Notes: generated by a model not told the origin, from the letters alone. DNA of 64,000 nt from Octopus sinensis (GCF_006345805.1 NC_043000.1:48360001-48424000); one strand, 5' to 3'; positions 1-13,692 are shown, counted from the stretch's first letter. Program-made: numbers and translations.

Positions 1-1254
1 AGCTTCTATACAAATAGCATGACCAATCTCATTTCATGGAATTTAATATTTAATTTGCGAAAGAAACACAGAATTTCATTTAAGAAGGCTACATTAGGAA
101 TACATTTCCATTTTTAACTTTGCAAATAATTTTAAGTTTCCCAAAATATGTTTATGTATTTAACTATATTTATCCTCAATATTTTGAAATACATCAAATA
201 AAGTTAGAGAAATATTTTAATATTCAACCAGTGTGCGTGTGTATATATATATATTTGATTGCATGCATACACACTTGTATAAGTACCCTATCTTACACGC
301 AAACACACACACTCATGCACACACACACATATATACATACATGTGTATTCAGGTGTCCCCCATGTTAAGGAAATTTTACATGCCAGAAACTCTCACCATG
401 ATATGTTATATAACATGAAAGTCAATGGAAAAATAAGTTTCACATTATGGATTTCCATGTTACAGCAATTCAGAAAACCATTACTTTTGAAACACGAGTG
501 ATATGAAAAAAAAAAGAAAGAGAGAAAGAAAGAGTGAGAAGTGCAATGTGTGTAATTTTATCTAATATATGATGATGATGACAATGGCAATGACAGTTAT
601 GATGACAAAATCAGTGGTGGTAATAATAATGAAGAAGAGGAGGAGTTATACACCTGTGGCTATAAAGTCAATATTCTATACTACTGACCTGTGTGGCCAT
701 AAAATCAAATCTTTCGCTAGATATTCAGTTGTTTGAGATGGATATATAACACTACATATTCTAGATTAAGTCAATTATACTCCCCGGATAGAAAAGTAGC
801 AACTGTATTTAGGTACTCTTCTTTACATTCTGAGCTGAAACACTGATAAGATCAACCTTGTCTTCTCTCCTCCTGCAGTTAATAAAATAAAAGTACCAAG
901 GACATAATGGAATCAATTTTATCATCTATATTAGAGGTGGAAAAACTGCAGTTTTCTGAAAGTTTGAGTATGACCTTCGGAAAGAAGTAAATGTTTGAAG
1001 GGAAACCATTATACTGGAATATATTTTTGTTGGTTTGATTGTATTCAAAGCTTACCTTTTCAACTAACTACAAATTTTAGAAGCATCTATTTATATTACT
1101 TTACCGACACTTACTTCATGAAAATAATTATAATTATAACATAGAAATCTAAAGAAATATTTTGAAAACAGGAAAATAGAATAAAAGAAAGATTGTTTAT
1201 TGTAAAACTTCTTTATCTTTAGAAAAATCATGTTTTATAAAATAATAGGTATAT

Positions 1255-1525
1255 TCTTTTACTCGTTTCAGTCATTTGACTGTGGCCATGCTGGAGCACT
1301 GCCTTTAGTCAAGCAAATCGTCCCCAGGACTTATTCTTTGTAAGCCTATCGGTCTCCTTTGCCGCTAAGTTACGGGGACATAACACACCAGCATCGGTTG
1401 TCAAGCGATGTTGGGTGGGACAAATGCAGACGCGCAAAAACACGCACATATATATACATATATAGTGGGACTGAACCTGGAACCATGTGGTTGGTAAGCA
1501 AGCTACTTACCACACAGCCACTCCT
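1255..1525 (-). mobile_element. tRNA-derived SINE family A (abundant octopus-type SINE), internally deleted copy
   Basis: Reverse complement matches the head AGGAGTGGCTGTGTGGTAAGTAGCTTGC and the tail GCTCCAGCATGGCCACAGTCAAATGACTGAAAC of the full copies at 32077 and 62393. Confidence 0.9.
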
Positions 1526-1574
1526 AGCAACATTTAAAATTTTTATTTCGTCTGTCTTATGATTGAGAGAAGCT

Positions 1575-1730
1575 TAACCTTGTTCTGAGTTCAAATTCTG
1601 CCAAAAATCAACTTTGCCTTTCATCTTTTCAGGGTCGATAAATTAAGTACTAGTTGTGTACTGGGGTCAATGTAATCGACTGGCCCCCTCCCCAAACATT
1701 TCAGGCCTAGTACCTAGTGTAGAAAAGAAT
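1575..1730 (+). mobile_element. SINE family B fragment
   Basis: GTTCTGAGTTCAAATTCTGCC...TTTGCCTTTCATCTTTTCAGGGTCGATAAATTAAGTAC central domain shared with the copies at 57222 and 62973. Confidence 0.8.
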
Positions 1731-2561
1731 ATTTAAAATTTTGAGGGAAATGCTGTCTTGTCAAATGGCTGCTAATAATAACACAGCCTTCTAACAAAAA
1801 GTTTTCCTTACCTCAAAATTTGGGATCTTACGCATCAAATTTAGTATTTAGCTTCAAGGTTTGCCCTGATCAAGCTGAGAAGTCTATGAGCAAATAAAAT
1901 CCCAGTCATAAGCCTAGTTATGACCATCTCCTCCTTTGAATTTTTTTTTTTTTTGGCTTAGAATATCTATGAATCCATTATGCAGTGTGTTACTCCTTCA
2001 TTTTTTTTAAGACATTGAATGTGGTACAAGAAAGATTTATCAGCTATTTTTCACATAGTCAGGTATGTATATATATAGATGCTTTTGTTTTTCTTTTTGC
2101 TGGTGGTAGTGTCAACTGAACTTAGTTATTTGGGAGGCAGGAGAAACAGAATAAAAGCAAAAAGCAAAAAAAAAAAATAATAAATAAATAAATAGAAGGA
2201 CAAGGAAATCAAAGACTTGGGACAAACCAACATGAGGTTTAGACAAGATGATGGTTGATGAAACCATATGATCACACTGCAATTGAGAGATACTGTGTTG
2301 CTAATACTGAAAGATAGAAGTAAAAGTAATCAATACAAGAATAATGACGAGTATGCTGCTGCTGTTGTTGATGATGATGATGATGATGTTGATAACAATG
2401 ACGATGAGGAGGAAGGGGGGATGGTTTTCAATTAGTTTTAATGAAAATTTATTGCATTAAAATAAAAATCTGCTAATTATTTTACTGTTCCTATTTTTCT
2501 TAATTTCTAGAATTTTTGTATATTGTTATAGCAGAAACTCACTCTCTTTCTGTGTGAATGT

Positions 2562-2563
<2 letters not shown>

Positions 2564-2615
<52 letters not shown>

Positions 2616-2705
2616 ATATTTATATATATATATATATGTATGTATATGTATGTATGTATATGTATGTATATGTCTGTGTATGTATGTAAACACATACGGT
2701 ATACA

Positions 2706-2737
<32 letters not shown>

Positions 2738-2780
2738 GCATCTATGTATGTGTGTGTGTGTGTATGAGTGTATGTGCACA
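2564..2780. repeat. Compound (TA)n/(TATG)n/(CA)n/(TG)n microsatellite
   Basis: Seen directly; it explains the YI/HT-rich ORFs. Confidence 0.95.
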
Positions 2781-3548
2781 TAGTCTTGTCTAAAAATAAG
2801 AACCAGAACAGATAAGGACAGAACTTTAAACAATTATCCTCTCCACATGTTGATTAGAAGACAATTAAAACAAAACAAAACAAAGACCAATATTTAATTA
2901 AAAATAGTTGTCTGATAACATTTCTTTCTGTGGTGTTGATGTTCATTAGTTTTCAGCTGTAATCCTCAAAATTATTAACACAATATTAATGCCTAATATT
3001 GTTGTTCGATGCTTCCATATTTTAAAAAATGTGATCATGAGGAATAGCTCGTGCTGCCTATTATTGTTTTATTTATGTGGTAATTTGTTAAGTTTATTGT
3101 TTTGGTTTGTTTTTTTTATAGTTATTTTCATTATTATTGTTTTACTGGAAAGTAAAATAAATAAATAAATAAATAATACTTTTTGCTTAGGTTTCACATG
3201 TTGTTCTGGGAAAAGTTTCAATAAATTACCTACCAAAGTAATGCAACCTTAGAAAGATGTTGAAATACAGAAAAGAATTTAATCAGTATAATGGCATTAA
3301 TGCAGTTTTAGTAATATGATAAGATGAGAGGAAATTCATATTTGCAGCTGGCTGGTGAGTGCGTAGACTGGAAAATCTATAGAACAAACAGCTGGATTAC
3401 TTCAACAAGGAAAAATATTCCTATTCTAAATCAACCTTCAGGAACCTTCTTGATGGTACCTTTCTTAAAGAGCTTCTATATTAATAACTGTATCTTCTTT
3501 AAAAGTAAGCTTGCATGACTGTGTATGGTATTGACATTTTTAATTAGT

Positions 3549-3663
3549 TACATCATCATCATCATCTTTTTCTTCTTCTTCTTCTTCTTCTTCTTCTTCT
3601 TCTTCTTCTTCTTCGTCTTCTTCTTCTTCTTCTTCTTCTTATTATTATTATTATTATTATTAT
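3549..3663. repeat. Compound trinucleotide array (CAT)n-(TTC)n-(TTA)n
   Basis: Seen directly; source of the poly-F, poly-K and poly-R ORFs. Confidence 0.97.
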
Positions 3664-4019
3664 TGAGTGAGAGAGCAGTGCATGCCATCCAAGTGACACT
3701 GGGGTAAAATATACGAACCCCAATATACCCATCATGACTATACCCGTCTGATAAGGGCACACCAGGCACATGCATCATAACGATACGTGCGTGACATGGT
3801 GATCTCATATCAAGATTAACAGCGCATGACCTTGCAGGTGGGGCCCAGTTAGAATTTTCTTCTGCTCGAGTAACCCATCCCGCTCAAAAGGTCCCTGAAT
3901 AAGGGTTGTTTAAGGATGTTGAACGAAACACCAATGTTTCCAGAAGTGAATCATTCAAACCGCAAAGAAACCCTCTCAACACATGGCCATGATGCTCCCC
4001 CACATGGCTATGATGCTCC

Positions 4020-4020
<1 letters not shown>
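3664..4020 (-). mobile_element. Unclassified interspersed repeat bounded by (TTA)n on both sides; possibly the 3' UTR of a second Dong-like family
   Basis: GC-richer non-coding block between two TTA arrays, with a ~20-bp duplication CACATGG(C/T)ATGATGCTCCC at one end. It abuts the tail of the Dong fragment. Confidence 0.5.
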
Positions 4021-4029
<9 letters not shown>

Positions 4030-4053
<24 letters not shown>

Positions 4054-4990
4054 CAATTGTTCAACATTTGGTAGATTGAGGCAAATTTCTACTGCATCAC
4101 CGGCTACATCTCCATGTTGCTGGGGTGTGAGCAGCAGTGTGTGTTTTTTTCTGTTGTTGGAAGTGTGCAAACTCTTCCTGGCATTGAACAATTGTTTGTT
4201 TTACTTTTTTCTCTTGAGGTGCGGTGCAATCTTTTGTTGTATTACAGCTTGTATTGTGTATTGGGTGTGGAATGCATCTGTTTATTGGTTTGCTGGTAGA
4301 AGTTTATTTCATTGGATTACTGCTGTATAGAGTATGTCTTGTGTTCGTGGTTTGTTTTGTTTAGGTTGTATTATTGAATCGATAGCGTCTCCTGTAGGAT
4401 TTGGGCTGTTCCTATCAGGGCTATTTTATGGATAGTTTATAGTGTTGAGGATCCAGGTATAGCTTCTATTTTTTTGTTCATACAATATTTTATCATGCAC
4501 AATACTCCAATTGTTACTAGTATTGTTTTTACCTTCATGCCCCACATGAATGTTTCAATTTTGAGGTCTTTGTAGTCTGACAATTTCTCCTCTTCTTCTT
4601 GGACAGTATTTTGACCAGAATGGACTGTAATGTCTATCAGTAAGCAGGTGTTTTTTTTTTTCACCAAGTCTTTATTATGTCTGGGTGATTAGCTTTTAAT
4701 TCTTTGTTATTTTGAACCAGCATATCTCAGATGATTGTGGCCTGGTCGTTGTCTTGTATCGTTATCATCACTGTTTAAGTCAGTTTCTTCTTTGGAATTA
4801 CTGCATTTCTAGCCTGGTCAGTCTTGTAAGTACATTCCACTTTTGGCATAAAACAGAATGTTTTAGGTGTATTTTATCATAGCTCAAATGCTATGGAGAT
4901 CATCATGTCCTTGACCAGGTTTCTGGACTTTCACAAGTTTTCATTGCCTTCATGGGTTTAGTCACACAAACCAATCCTAGTACTTATATT
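4030..4990 (-). mobile_element. Dong/R4-clade non-LTR retrotransposon 3' fragment (restriction-like endonuclease domain plus 3' UTR), degenerate
   Basis: Minus-strand translation: ...NKELKANHPDII..KKKNTCLLIDITV..QEEEEKLSDYKDLKIE..WGMKVKTILVTIGVL...IPGSSTL*TIHKIALIGTAQILQETLSIQ*. This is the RLE PD..D motif of the R4 clade, and the element ends in a (TAA)n tail. Confidence 0.88.
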
Positions 4991-5019
4991 TAACTCCCAT
5001 ACTTATTCATCTAGTCTGT

Positions 5020-5545
5020 TTTACTGAAAAAATAAGTTATGAGGACATAAATAAACCAATACCATTTGTCAAGTTGTGGTGGAACAAAGATAAAACTATA
5101 CACATAGCAGACTTCTGTATAGTTTCCACAGTTTCTTATTTTTTTATTGCTCACAAGGGGCTAAACATAGAGGGGACAAACAAAGACAGACAAAGGGATT
5201 AAGTCAATTACATCGACCCCAGTGCATAACTGGTAGTTAAGTTATCGACCCCAGTGCATAACTGGTAGTTAAGTTATCGACCCCGAAAGGATGAAGAGCA
5301 AAGTCAACCTCGGCGGAATTTGAACTCAGAACATAATGGCAGACGAAATACCGCTAAGCATTTCATCCAGCGGGCTAACGTTTCTGCCAGTTTCCACAGT
5401 TTCTATCAACCAACTTCATTCACAAAGCATTTTAAACCAAGGACTGTAGACGAAGACACTCAAGATGCTGCGCAGTTGGACTGAACCTGAAACCATGTGG
5501 TTGCAGGGCAAGCCTCTTAATCACACAGCCATGCCTGCACCTATA
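5020..5545 (-). mobile_element. SINE family A copy interrupted by a nested family B SINE
   Basis: Family A 3' part at 5020-5136 and 5' part at 5389-5545 (CACACAGCCATGCCTGCACC). Confidence 0.8.
5137..5388 (-). mobile_element. SINE family B, nested, with 16-bp target-site duplication
   Basis: AGTTTCCACAGTTTCT at 5121-5136 and 5389-5404; internal 32-bp tandem duplication. Confidence 0.9.
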
Positions 5546-8500
5546 TGATTATAACATTTTTTTACTTTGATCAGTTTTTATAATTTACCTCTAAATAAAA
5601 GCCTTTGCTCACTTCGTATCATAAAGCTTATTCTTTGCCCTAATTCAACCTTAGGCTTCCAAAATTTATTTTTGCACTCACACTGTATTTTCTGACGTAA
5701 AAGTCAGCATTGTATAATGAGTAAACTTCAAACTTCAGTATTATCTTTACAAATTCTTCTGCATTTCGCATGGAATTTTTGATCCTCCAGAGTCATTTTT
5801 GCATGTAAGTCAAACCCTCTTTTTTGGCTGTAAATTTTGGTCTGAAAAATTTGACTTGAGTGCCAGAAAATCTAGTACCTTTGCAAGTTTCAGAGAGCAT
5901 TTCTCCTGTAGCACAAATCAAATTAACTTCCTTAACTGTGAAATTAATCTGATTATGTTTCCATCAAATTTGAATAATTACTCACTTTATGCTAATGTAG
6001 AATTTAAGGCTTATTCACACACTCAATATCCCCATCTTTTACTATCTCTCTCTTTTACTTCTTAGTTTTCTGGGGTTTTTTTTTTTTGTTTTTGTTGTTT
6101 TCCTTTAAAGTTGGCTGTGATATACACATAAGAACCTCACCAGTCTAGTTACCAATGCTCTGAAGAATTAAAACGATCAACAAAACAGATTTGTATGTAT
6201 TCTCCTAAATGAAAATCAGATACTCTGATTCCAATGTGTAGGGTTCTTTATTCGATTAAGGCTTCCTTTGCTTTTACAAACAACATATCTCTCTCACTTT
6301 CTCCTTCTCTCTCTCTTTTCCTCCCCACTTTCTCTCATTCAATTCACACACATGTATATATATATATATATGAGTGAATATTTATACTGTCATGGTGTTC
6401 CACTTTGAAGTGTTACTATGTTTCTTTTTGCAATTATTAAGAACAGTAAGGAAGTTTAAAAATTTGTCAGCAAACTTGTCTTTCATTTCTATTAATCTAT
6501 TTTCTTCGGTAATGCAAAAGGAAAGAAAATACAAACAATTACATTCTTTTCATAGATTTTCTGAAGTCCATTTGATTTCACTAAGTAGTATCTCTATTTG
6601 AATCAGTAATGCCTTCATCTCTTCAAATGTCAACACTCTATATTGTCACATTTTATCAATTACACTGAAAGCTGAAGCAGAGAGAAATTAGATTTCAGCT
6701 TTCTAACATTGTCAGAATGCTCCAGTTTTACCGAATGACTATTCTTACCTTTCCTGTTCAGAATGAAAACAAAATTGATGCTGAAATTTTACACAGCATT
6801 TATTAACTCACCCTTTTATTTACTTCCATAATTTTTTTACTTATTATTTTAGACAGTTTGTAAAGGCTTTCTAATAAAATCCCATCAAATGGGGATACAT
6901 TAGTTTTTATTTTTTTCTTAGTTGCTAACTTGGTGAAGACAGTGAAATCATTTTAAAGATTTTCATACTCAACTCTAAACTGTGGTAAGAAAGGAATTCA
7001 GTTAAATCAATAACATAATTTGTTCTCAATGAAATAAGTACCTTTGAAGTACTGAGATAAATTTGAGTTAATCACCACCATGCCTTGCAAAGTACATCAG
7101 GACTTGAAATGATGGAGAGAAAGAAAATAAAACATAAATAATAAATGAAGTAACACAAGTAGGAATATGATCGATAGTTTTTATGTGGTTTGCAGACTAA
7201 AAAATATGTCCAAAAAGCCTCACTTATCAATTGCAAAAACAGAGTAGAAAAACTGACATTTCAGGCATTTCTTTTTAATTGATTAAAGGATATAAAGTAT
7301 CTCTGACTTTGGTTGGTGAAACAGGAGGTAGATAGCAACTTAGGTTATCATATTTTGGACATAGGCTCCAGGTGGTGTTAGCACATTAGACTATATGCTC
7401 AATGACATTTATTTCAACTCTTTTTACGCTCTGAGTCCAAATACTACTGAGGTCAACTTTGCCTTTTATCTGTTCAGGTTCAATAAAATACCAGTCAAGT
7501 ACTGGGGCCAAAGTAATTGATTTAATCCACTTTCCTCTAAAAAGAAAAAGCTGACTAAGTGACAGAATTTGAGAGAATTATCAAATATAGTTTTTGTCAA
7601 GAATTTCAGATTATTATGTAGATATTAGTGGCCAAAGATTGGTTATACTATTATCAGACATATTTCAAAATGTTTAGGTTTTTTAAATAAAAATTTGGGT
7701 TTAGTTATATAATTTCTCTCTATTATGGATTTTTAAAAAAACTGACCCTGTCGACTCTCAATCTATCAAATTATACCCCCTTAGTTGTGAAAAATAATAT
7801 TTGTTAGTAAAATTCTATTACTGTCTCATGGTGCAGGGAAGTGGCAGATACATTTGAGAGTTGCACCAAATATCTTGCAAATTTTTAGTTTAATTTTTTT
7901 ATGAGTTGAAATATCCATCAGAACTACTGATTTTGTCTTCCATCATTCCAGTGTAAATGAAATAAATAATAACAGTCGTCCATTGTGGATGATGCAACTG
8001 ATCATGATTCATCTTTATAACTATATATTCAGTAGAACTATTAGGGCAACAGGTATAGTGCTTGTAGTATTTGTTTTGCCTTTTTTTATATTCTGGTGTC
8101 AATAATATAAATCACTAGTCAAATACTGGAATCAAGATAACTGGCTACATTTGTCAATCAAATATTGTAGTCTTTTGTCTATTGTATTTGTGGGTGTATA
8201 AGATGCACTCTTGCATAAAATGTACCCCTATTTTAGAGTATATTTTGTGAAAAACAAATTTAATATTTCATACAGTTATACATTCAGTGTACCATTTGTA
8301 ATACCGCTACCTTAAACACATGGTAATTTTATTGATATATCTAGAAAATAAGAAAAGTGCATCTTATATGTTGGGATATGCAGCATGTTAGAAAATATTA
8401 TTATTATTATTATTATTATATTATTATTATTATTATTATATTTAGCACAGATTTAATTTCAATCTCTTAGCGAGTGGCAGGAGAGACAGCACCTGTGACC

Positions 8501-8689
8501 CTTTCCAGGGCTTCTGAGATTGATGGGAAAAAGTTATCTGCAAACTAGAGACTTAACCTGAATGCTTGCAGTAGGGTGAACACTAATAAAAAGCATCCAA
8601 GGCCCAGATGAAAGCTTTAAACCAGATGATAGCTTAGGCCTACCAGTTAATTTGAAAAAGCCTAGGTTTTAAGATTCACATCTACTGTA

Positions 8690-8962
8690 TTCTCGATATT
8701 GTTGTTGCTTGTTCCTTCTCAAGCCACGCCTGGTTCATAACGGCTGGTTTCCCAGTTTCATTGGCATGTAGGTTCCTCGTCTGGACAGGATGCCAGTCCA
8801 TCGCAGGTGAGCTACTAGATGCAGGAGGAAAGAGTGAGAGAAAGTTGCGGTGAAAGTTTGCCATTACCTTCTGCTGAAGCCGCAAGGAGCTGAGATTCGA
8901 ACCCATGACCCCTCGACTGTGAGTTCCCTACTTTAACCACTAGACCATGTGCCTCCACATTC
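8690..8962 (-). mobile_element. tRNA-headed SINE with V-SINE-like central motif
   Basis: Minus strand has an A box (TGGTCTAGTGG), a B box (GGTTCGAATC) and CGATGGACTGGCATCCTGTCCAG, shared with the copy at 22680. The V-domain assignment is from recall. Confidence 0.75.
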
Positions 8963-9384
8963 TTGATATTAACATCTTTTAATTTACTCCTGACAAGCTT
9001 TCAAATGCAATTAGGCCACAAAGGATTAAAAAAAATTTGATTTTTTTTTATTCATTGCTAGGATATGAAGAATGTGTTGCAAATATAAGTTGTCAATTGT
9101 CTGAACAATTGTCTGTAGACATGACAATATGCAATTTCTAAGATCAATACTGGTGTATGTGGAAATTATCTTCATATTTCAATGTATTCCTGCTACAAAA
9201 GAATGTTGATTTTTTTAATTCTTTTATAGTAATGCATTATCAGTTAAATAAATGTAAGTCTAGAAAAATGTTTTTGATATGTATTTCTAAAAGTCTTGGC
9301 TTAAAATGTCATTCTCTAATTTTCAGCATATTATGATATCTAAAACATATGCAAAAAAGCTGTTCGTATTCATATTCACATTCT

Positions 9385-9780
9385 CAGAGAGACAGACAGA
9401 CAAATAGAGTAAAAGATAAATAGATAGGTAGATTGAAAGATAGACAGAGAGATAGATAGATAGATAGATACATATATACATACATACATACATACATACA
9501 TAGATTGAAAAATAGATAGACAGACAGACAGACAGACAGATAGATAGATAAATAATAGATAGCCAGATAGATAGATAGAAAGATACATAATAGAGAGCCA
9601 GATAGATAATAGATAGCCAGATAGATAGATAGACAGACAGATTGATAATAGATAGCCAGATAGATAGATAGACAGACAGATAGATAAAGAGATAGCCAGA
9701 TAGATAGATAGACAGACAGATAGATAGATAGACTGATGGATAAACAGATAAAGAGAGAAAGAGAGAAAGAGAGAGAGACA
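9385..9780. repeat. (AGAT)/(AGAC)/(ACAT) tetranucleotide array
   Basis: Seen directly; explains the 178-aa ORF 9376-9912. Confidence 0.95.
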
Positions 9781-10547
9781 GAACTTGCTGAAAATGTCGT
9801 GGAGATGAAATAAAGAACTATATAAAAACATATAAGAAAACAAAAGAGAAAAATAAATAACTAAATAATAAATGATAACTAAAAATGAAAAAAAAATACA
9901 GGAATCAAACATAATCTAAACTACAGAAACTTGAGATTCCTGAAAAACACCCAAAGCCATGTAGAGTACCACTTAACCAAGGCATGCACTTTTCATTTCT
10001 TTATACATTTTCTTCCTGCCTCTTCATTCCTTTATAATATTGATTTTTGTTTTCTTCTCAGAGATTTACCTTGAAATCTTTCTTGTTTGTTGTTATTTTA
10101 AAAACATTTCCAATTTCCAGCAGTAATCATCACGAAGGAAATACTTTCATTGGATTTTCCCCTTTACTTTTAGTGAAGCCACTTTCGTGGAACCTTTTGA
10201 ATTATGTTACATACTTACAATGCAAAGAAGTCTAATGTCAGTTGGTTTCGTTTTCCACCAGATAAATTATTTTCTAGATTATTTTCACCATGTCTATGCA
10301 TAAATGCATAATTTTTTCCTTCATCTTTTAACACTTTATATTTTAAATAAAACCTCACAGATTCTCACTCATAAGGTTTTATTTAAAAATAAAAGAGATA
10401 AATTAGAGTAAGGATTAATTTTGACAGGCAACCAGCCAATGTTCTTTGTTCCTTATATTTGTTTCTGGAGAGATAATATTACTCACTTGTATTGATAGCA
10501 GCGTACTCCTGCTACCTTAGGTTTATCGACCTGTAAGTTTTATTGTG

Positions 10548-10958
10548 GCTCTGTGGTAAGAAGCTTCCTTCCAAACCACACTGTTCTGGGTTCAGTCCCA
10601 CGGCATGGCACCTTGGGCAAGTGTCTTCTACTATAGCCTCAGACTGACCAAAGCCTTGTGAGTGGATTTGGTAGGCAGAAACTGAAAGAAACCCATATAT
10701 TTGTGTGTGTGTTTGTGTGTGTGTGTGTTTGCGTGTGTGTGTGTGTCTTTGTTTATCTCCCACCACTGCTTCTCAAGCAGTGCTGATGTGTTTATGTCCC
10801 CATAACATAGTGGTTTGGCAAAAGAGACTGATAGAGCAAGTACCAGGCTTAGCAAAAAAATCAAGTACTGCGGTCAACTTGTTCGACTAAAAATTCTTCA
10901 AAGCAGTGCCCCAACATGGCCACAGTCTATTGACTGAAACATGTAAAAGATAAAAAGA
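10548..10958 (+). mobile_element. SINE family A, near full length
   Basis: Head, GGCACCTTGGGCAAGTGTCTTCTACTATAGCC, internal (TG)n and 3' tail are all present. Confidence 0.9.
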
Positions 10959-11141
10959 TATTACAAGTATTTGTTTCGTTAATCTTAGCATTGCAAAGCA
11001 TAAAGTCAATACTGATTAGATTTGAACTCAAACTTATGGGATTACAAACTGGTACTCAAAAACTCTTCCTAGTTTCTTACTAAAATTAAGATACTGAAAG
11101 TGTGTTGCTTTATTCCCTTTTCCTTTTTTTTCTTTCTCACT

Positions 11142-11324
11142 TTAGCAAGGCTATGTAGTAAGAAGTTTGCTTCCCAATCACATAGTCCTGAGTTCTGTCA
11201 CACTGCTTGGCATCTCGGGCAAGTGCCTTCCACTCTAGCTTCAGGCTATACTGGAAGGCTGACCAAAACTTTGTGAGTAGATTTGGTAGGTGGAAACTGA
11301 AAGATCCTGTTATATAAAAGTGCA

Positions 11325-11365
<41 letters not shown>

Positions 11366-11498
11366 TTATTTATATACGTACACACAGACATATAGTGTGG
11401 GCTTAAAATATAAGAGACTTTTAAATTTTTCCAAAACTAAGACACTTGCTTGTTGTTCTTACACTTGTCTTCATCTTTGTTTTTCTATAAATTTGAAC

Positions 11499-11533
<35 letters not shown>

Positions 11534-11750
11534 CAATGTATGTGTTTCTTCATGTCAGTGTTTGTCTTCTGCCACAGCTTGACAACCGGTGTTGGTTTAT
11601 TTATATCCCTATAACTTAGCAGTTCAGCAAAAGACTCCAATACAGTAAGAATCAGGCTTAAAAACAAGCAAAACAAAATTCTGGAGTTGATTCATTCAGC
11701 TAAAGGAAATTCTTGAAGGCGATACCCCAATATGGCCACGGCTTAATCAA
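11142..11750 (+). mobile_element. SINE family A with a Penelope-like remnant (11395-11510) inside its internal (TA)n
   Basis: 5' half at 11142-11320 and 3' half at 11540-11750. The insert resembles 17740-17820. Confidence 0.75.
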
Positions 11751-11754
11751 CGTG

Positions 11755-11970
11755 TGTGTCTCTTTGTATCAGTGTTTGTCTCCTAACACTGCTTGACAAC
11801 TGCTGTTGGTTTGTTTACATCTCCGTGACTTAGCAGTTTGGCAAAAGACATCAATAGAATTAGTACCAGGCTTCAAAAAAGAAATACATATTGGGGATGA
11901 ATCATTCAACTAAAAACTAAATTCTTGACGCCGGTGCCCCAGTATGGCTGCAGTCTAATGAATAAAAGAT
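11755..11970 (+). mobile_element. SINE family A 3' half
   Basis: GCTTGACAACTGCTGTTGGTTTGTTTACATCTCCGTGACTTAGCAGTT...CCCCAGTATGGCTGCAGTC. Confidence 0.8.
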
Positions 11971-12256
11971 AGAAGACGGCAATAAAATTGTTTATTCACA
12001 ATAATAATATCAGTTACAATAATGAAATTACCCTATTTTCTGGCATTAAAAATGCTATTTTTGTGAAAAGTAAGTGTCAAAAATATACTTTGTGCATTAT
12101 AGGCAAATGATATATTTTCTATAAGCCAATTTTATCCCCAGAAAAGAGTTATTTATGCTAAATTTGCTGAGTCTCTATAATGTAAAAGCAAATAAATATA
12201 TAAATTAGTAAATACAGATTATAAGTAATCAACAGTATGTATGTATCTATATTTGA

Positions 12257-12331
<75 letters not shown>

Positions 12332-12689
12332 TATATATATATTTTATTTGTGTGTGAGAGTGTCACTGAATCATAAATAAAATATCCTCGTAATATATTT
12401 ACCTCCTCTGTCTCTCAATAATAATAATGAAAATTATTATGATGATGATGATCATCATTCTGTCTTAGTTTGGTACAAGGCCAGTAATTTTGATGGGAGG
12501 GAACAAATCCATTGTATCTGCTCCACCACCTTCCTTAGTACTTGACAGGTACTTTATTTTATTGACCCTGCAAAAAAAGGAAAGATAAAGTTGACCTTAC
12601 ACACCCTGCATGCTGATAAATTTTTTCACAAATTATAGAGTGGCTTGCAATTTGTTGCTTACCCATGCATTTTAATGAACTAAATTATT

Positions 12690-13646
12690 ATTATTATATT
12701 ATTATTATTATTATTTTTCAAGTATTACCATTACAGGTATTTATACTCTGGTGAAATTAAAAAATTAGCTTGTAAATAACTGTAATCCTCAAATCTATCA
12801 CTGTATATATATGCACACACACACACACACACAGTTGCATATCTATATATACATTTATGTATGTATGTATGTACCCACACATGGCTATGCACATAGGTAC
12901 ATCATGATATATACACACACAGATAAGGGTGAATTCATATGAAAAAGAAAGTGAACAAAATGAAATATTTATATAAAATATTGCATAGAATTTGAGAGGT
13001 GTTTCACCATTATAGGTATTTATACTCCTGAGAATTTAAGAAATCATGAATAATGAAACCCTTCAATCCAGCACAGTACACACACACACAAACACACACA
13101 GAGTCGCATTTCTATGTGTGTGTTTATGTATGTTTGAAGATAATCAAACCAAATTTTCACCATTTTGAGCCACTCACTCAACATGTATTTCTGCCAAATT
13201 TGGTAAAGATTTCTTCAACTGTTTTCCAATAATTTTGCAAACAGACAAACAGATGAAAATGAGTGATTACGATAGCCTGCTTTCGCTTATGTTCACAGGG
13301 TAATAATAATTCTTTCTACAATAGGCACAAGGCCTGATTTTAGTGGGTTAGAGTGACTTTCAATCCCAATACTTGACTAGTACTTATTTCATCAACCCCC
13401 AAATAGATGAAAATCTATGCCTATCACTTTGGATTACTTTGCATTTGTCTGAGAAATTCTTCACAATTAGATTTGTGAAGGATGGAGTCAAATTTTCAAA
13501 CCATTTCTCTACTCATATATTTTTATCTTATCTGAGAATGGAAAGTGAGAATGTAAAAAGAAATGAGCGTTGTTAATTTTGTTGAAAATAGGTTAGATGA
13601 CTTTTGTTTTATTATTATTATTATCAACATCATCATCATTATTATT

Positions 13647-13692
<46 letters not shown>

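Noticed and set aside
2957-3079. 123-nt open frame between AG and GT
   Set aside because: AT-rich with no recognisable protein; cannot be distinguished from chance.
3324-3518. ORF MRGNSYLQLA with a GTGAGT donor
   Set aside because: No supporting downstream exon or homology.
6550-6640. Minus-strand VLTFEEMKALLIQIEILL, resembling BEL/Pao integrase LTFEE..LL..IE
   Set aside because: The expected NSRPL continuation is absent, stops flank it and there is no other BEL sequence nearby.
8885-8960. tRNA gene on the minus strand
   Set aside because: A and B boxes are present but there is no closed acceptor stem, and it continues into a SINE body.
9376-9912. Longest ORF (178 aa, hydrophobic)
   Set aside because: It is a translation of the (TCTA)/(TCTG) array.
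13170-13300. Helentron/DINE-like fragment (ACAGACAAACAGA...)
   Set aside because: The resemblance is only impressionistic and no terminal structure was found.
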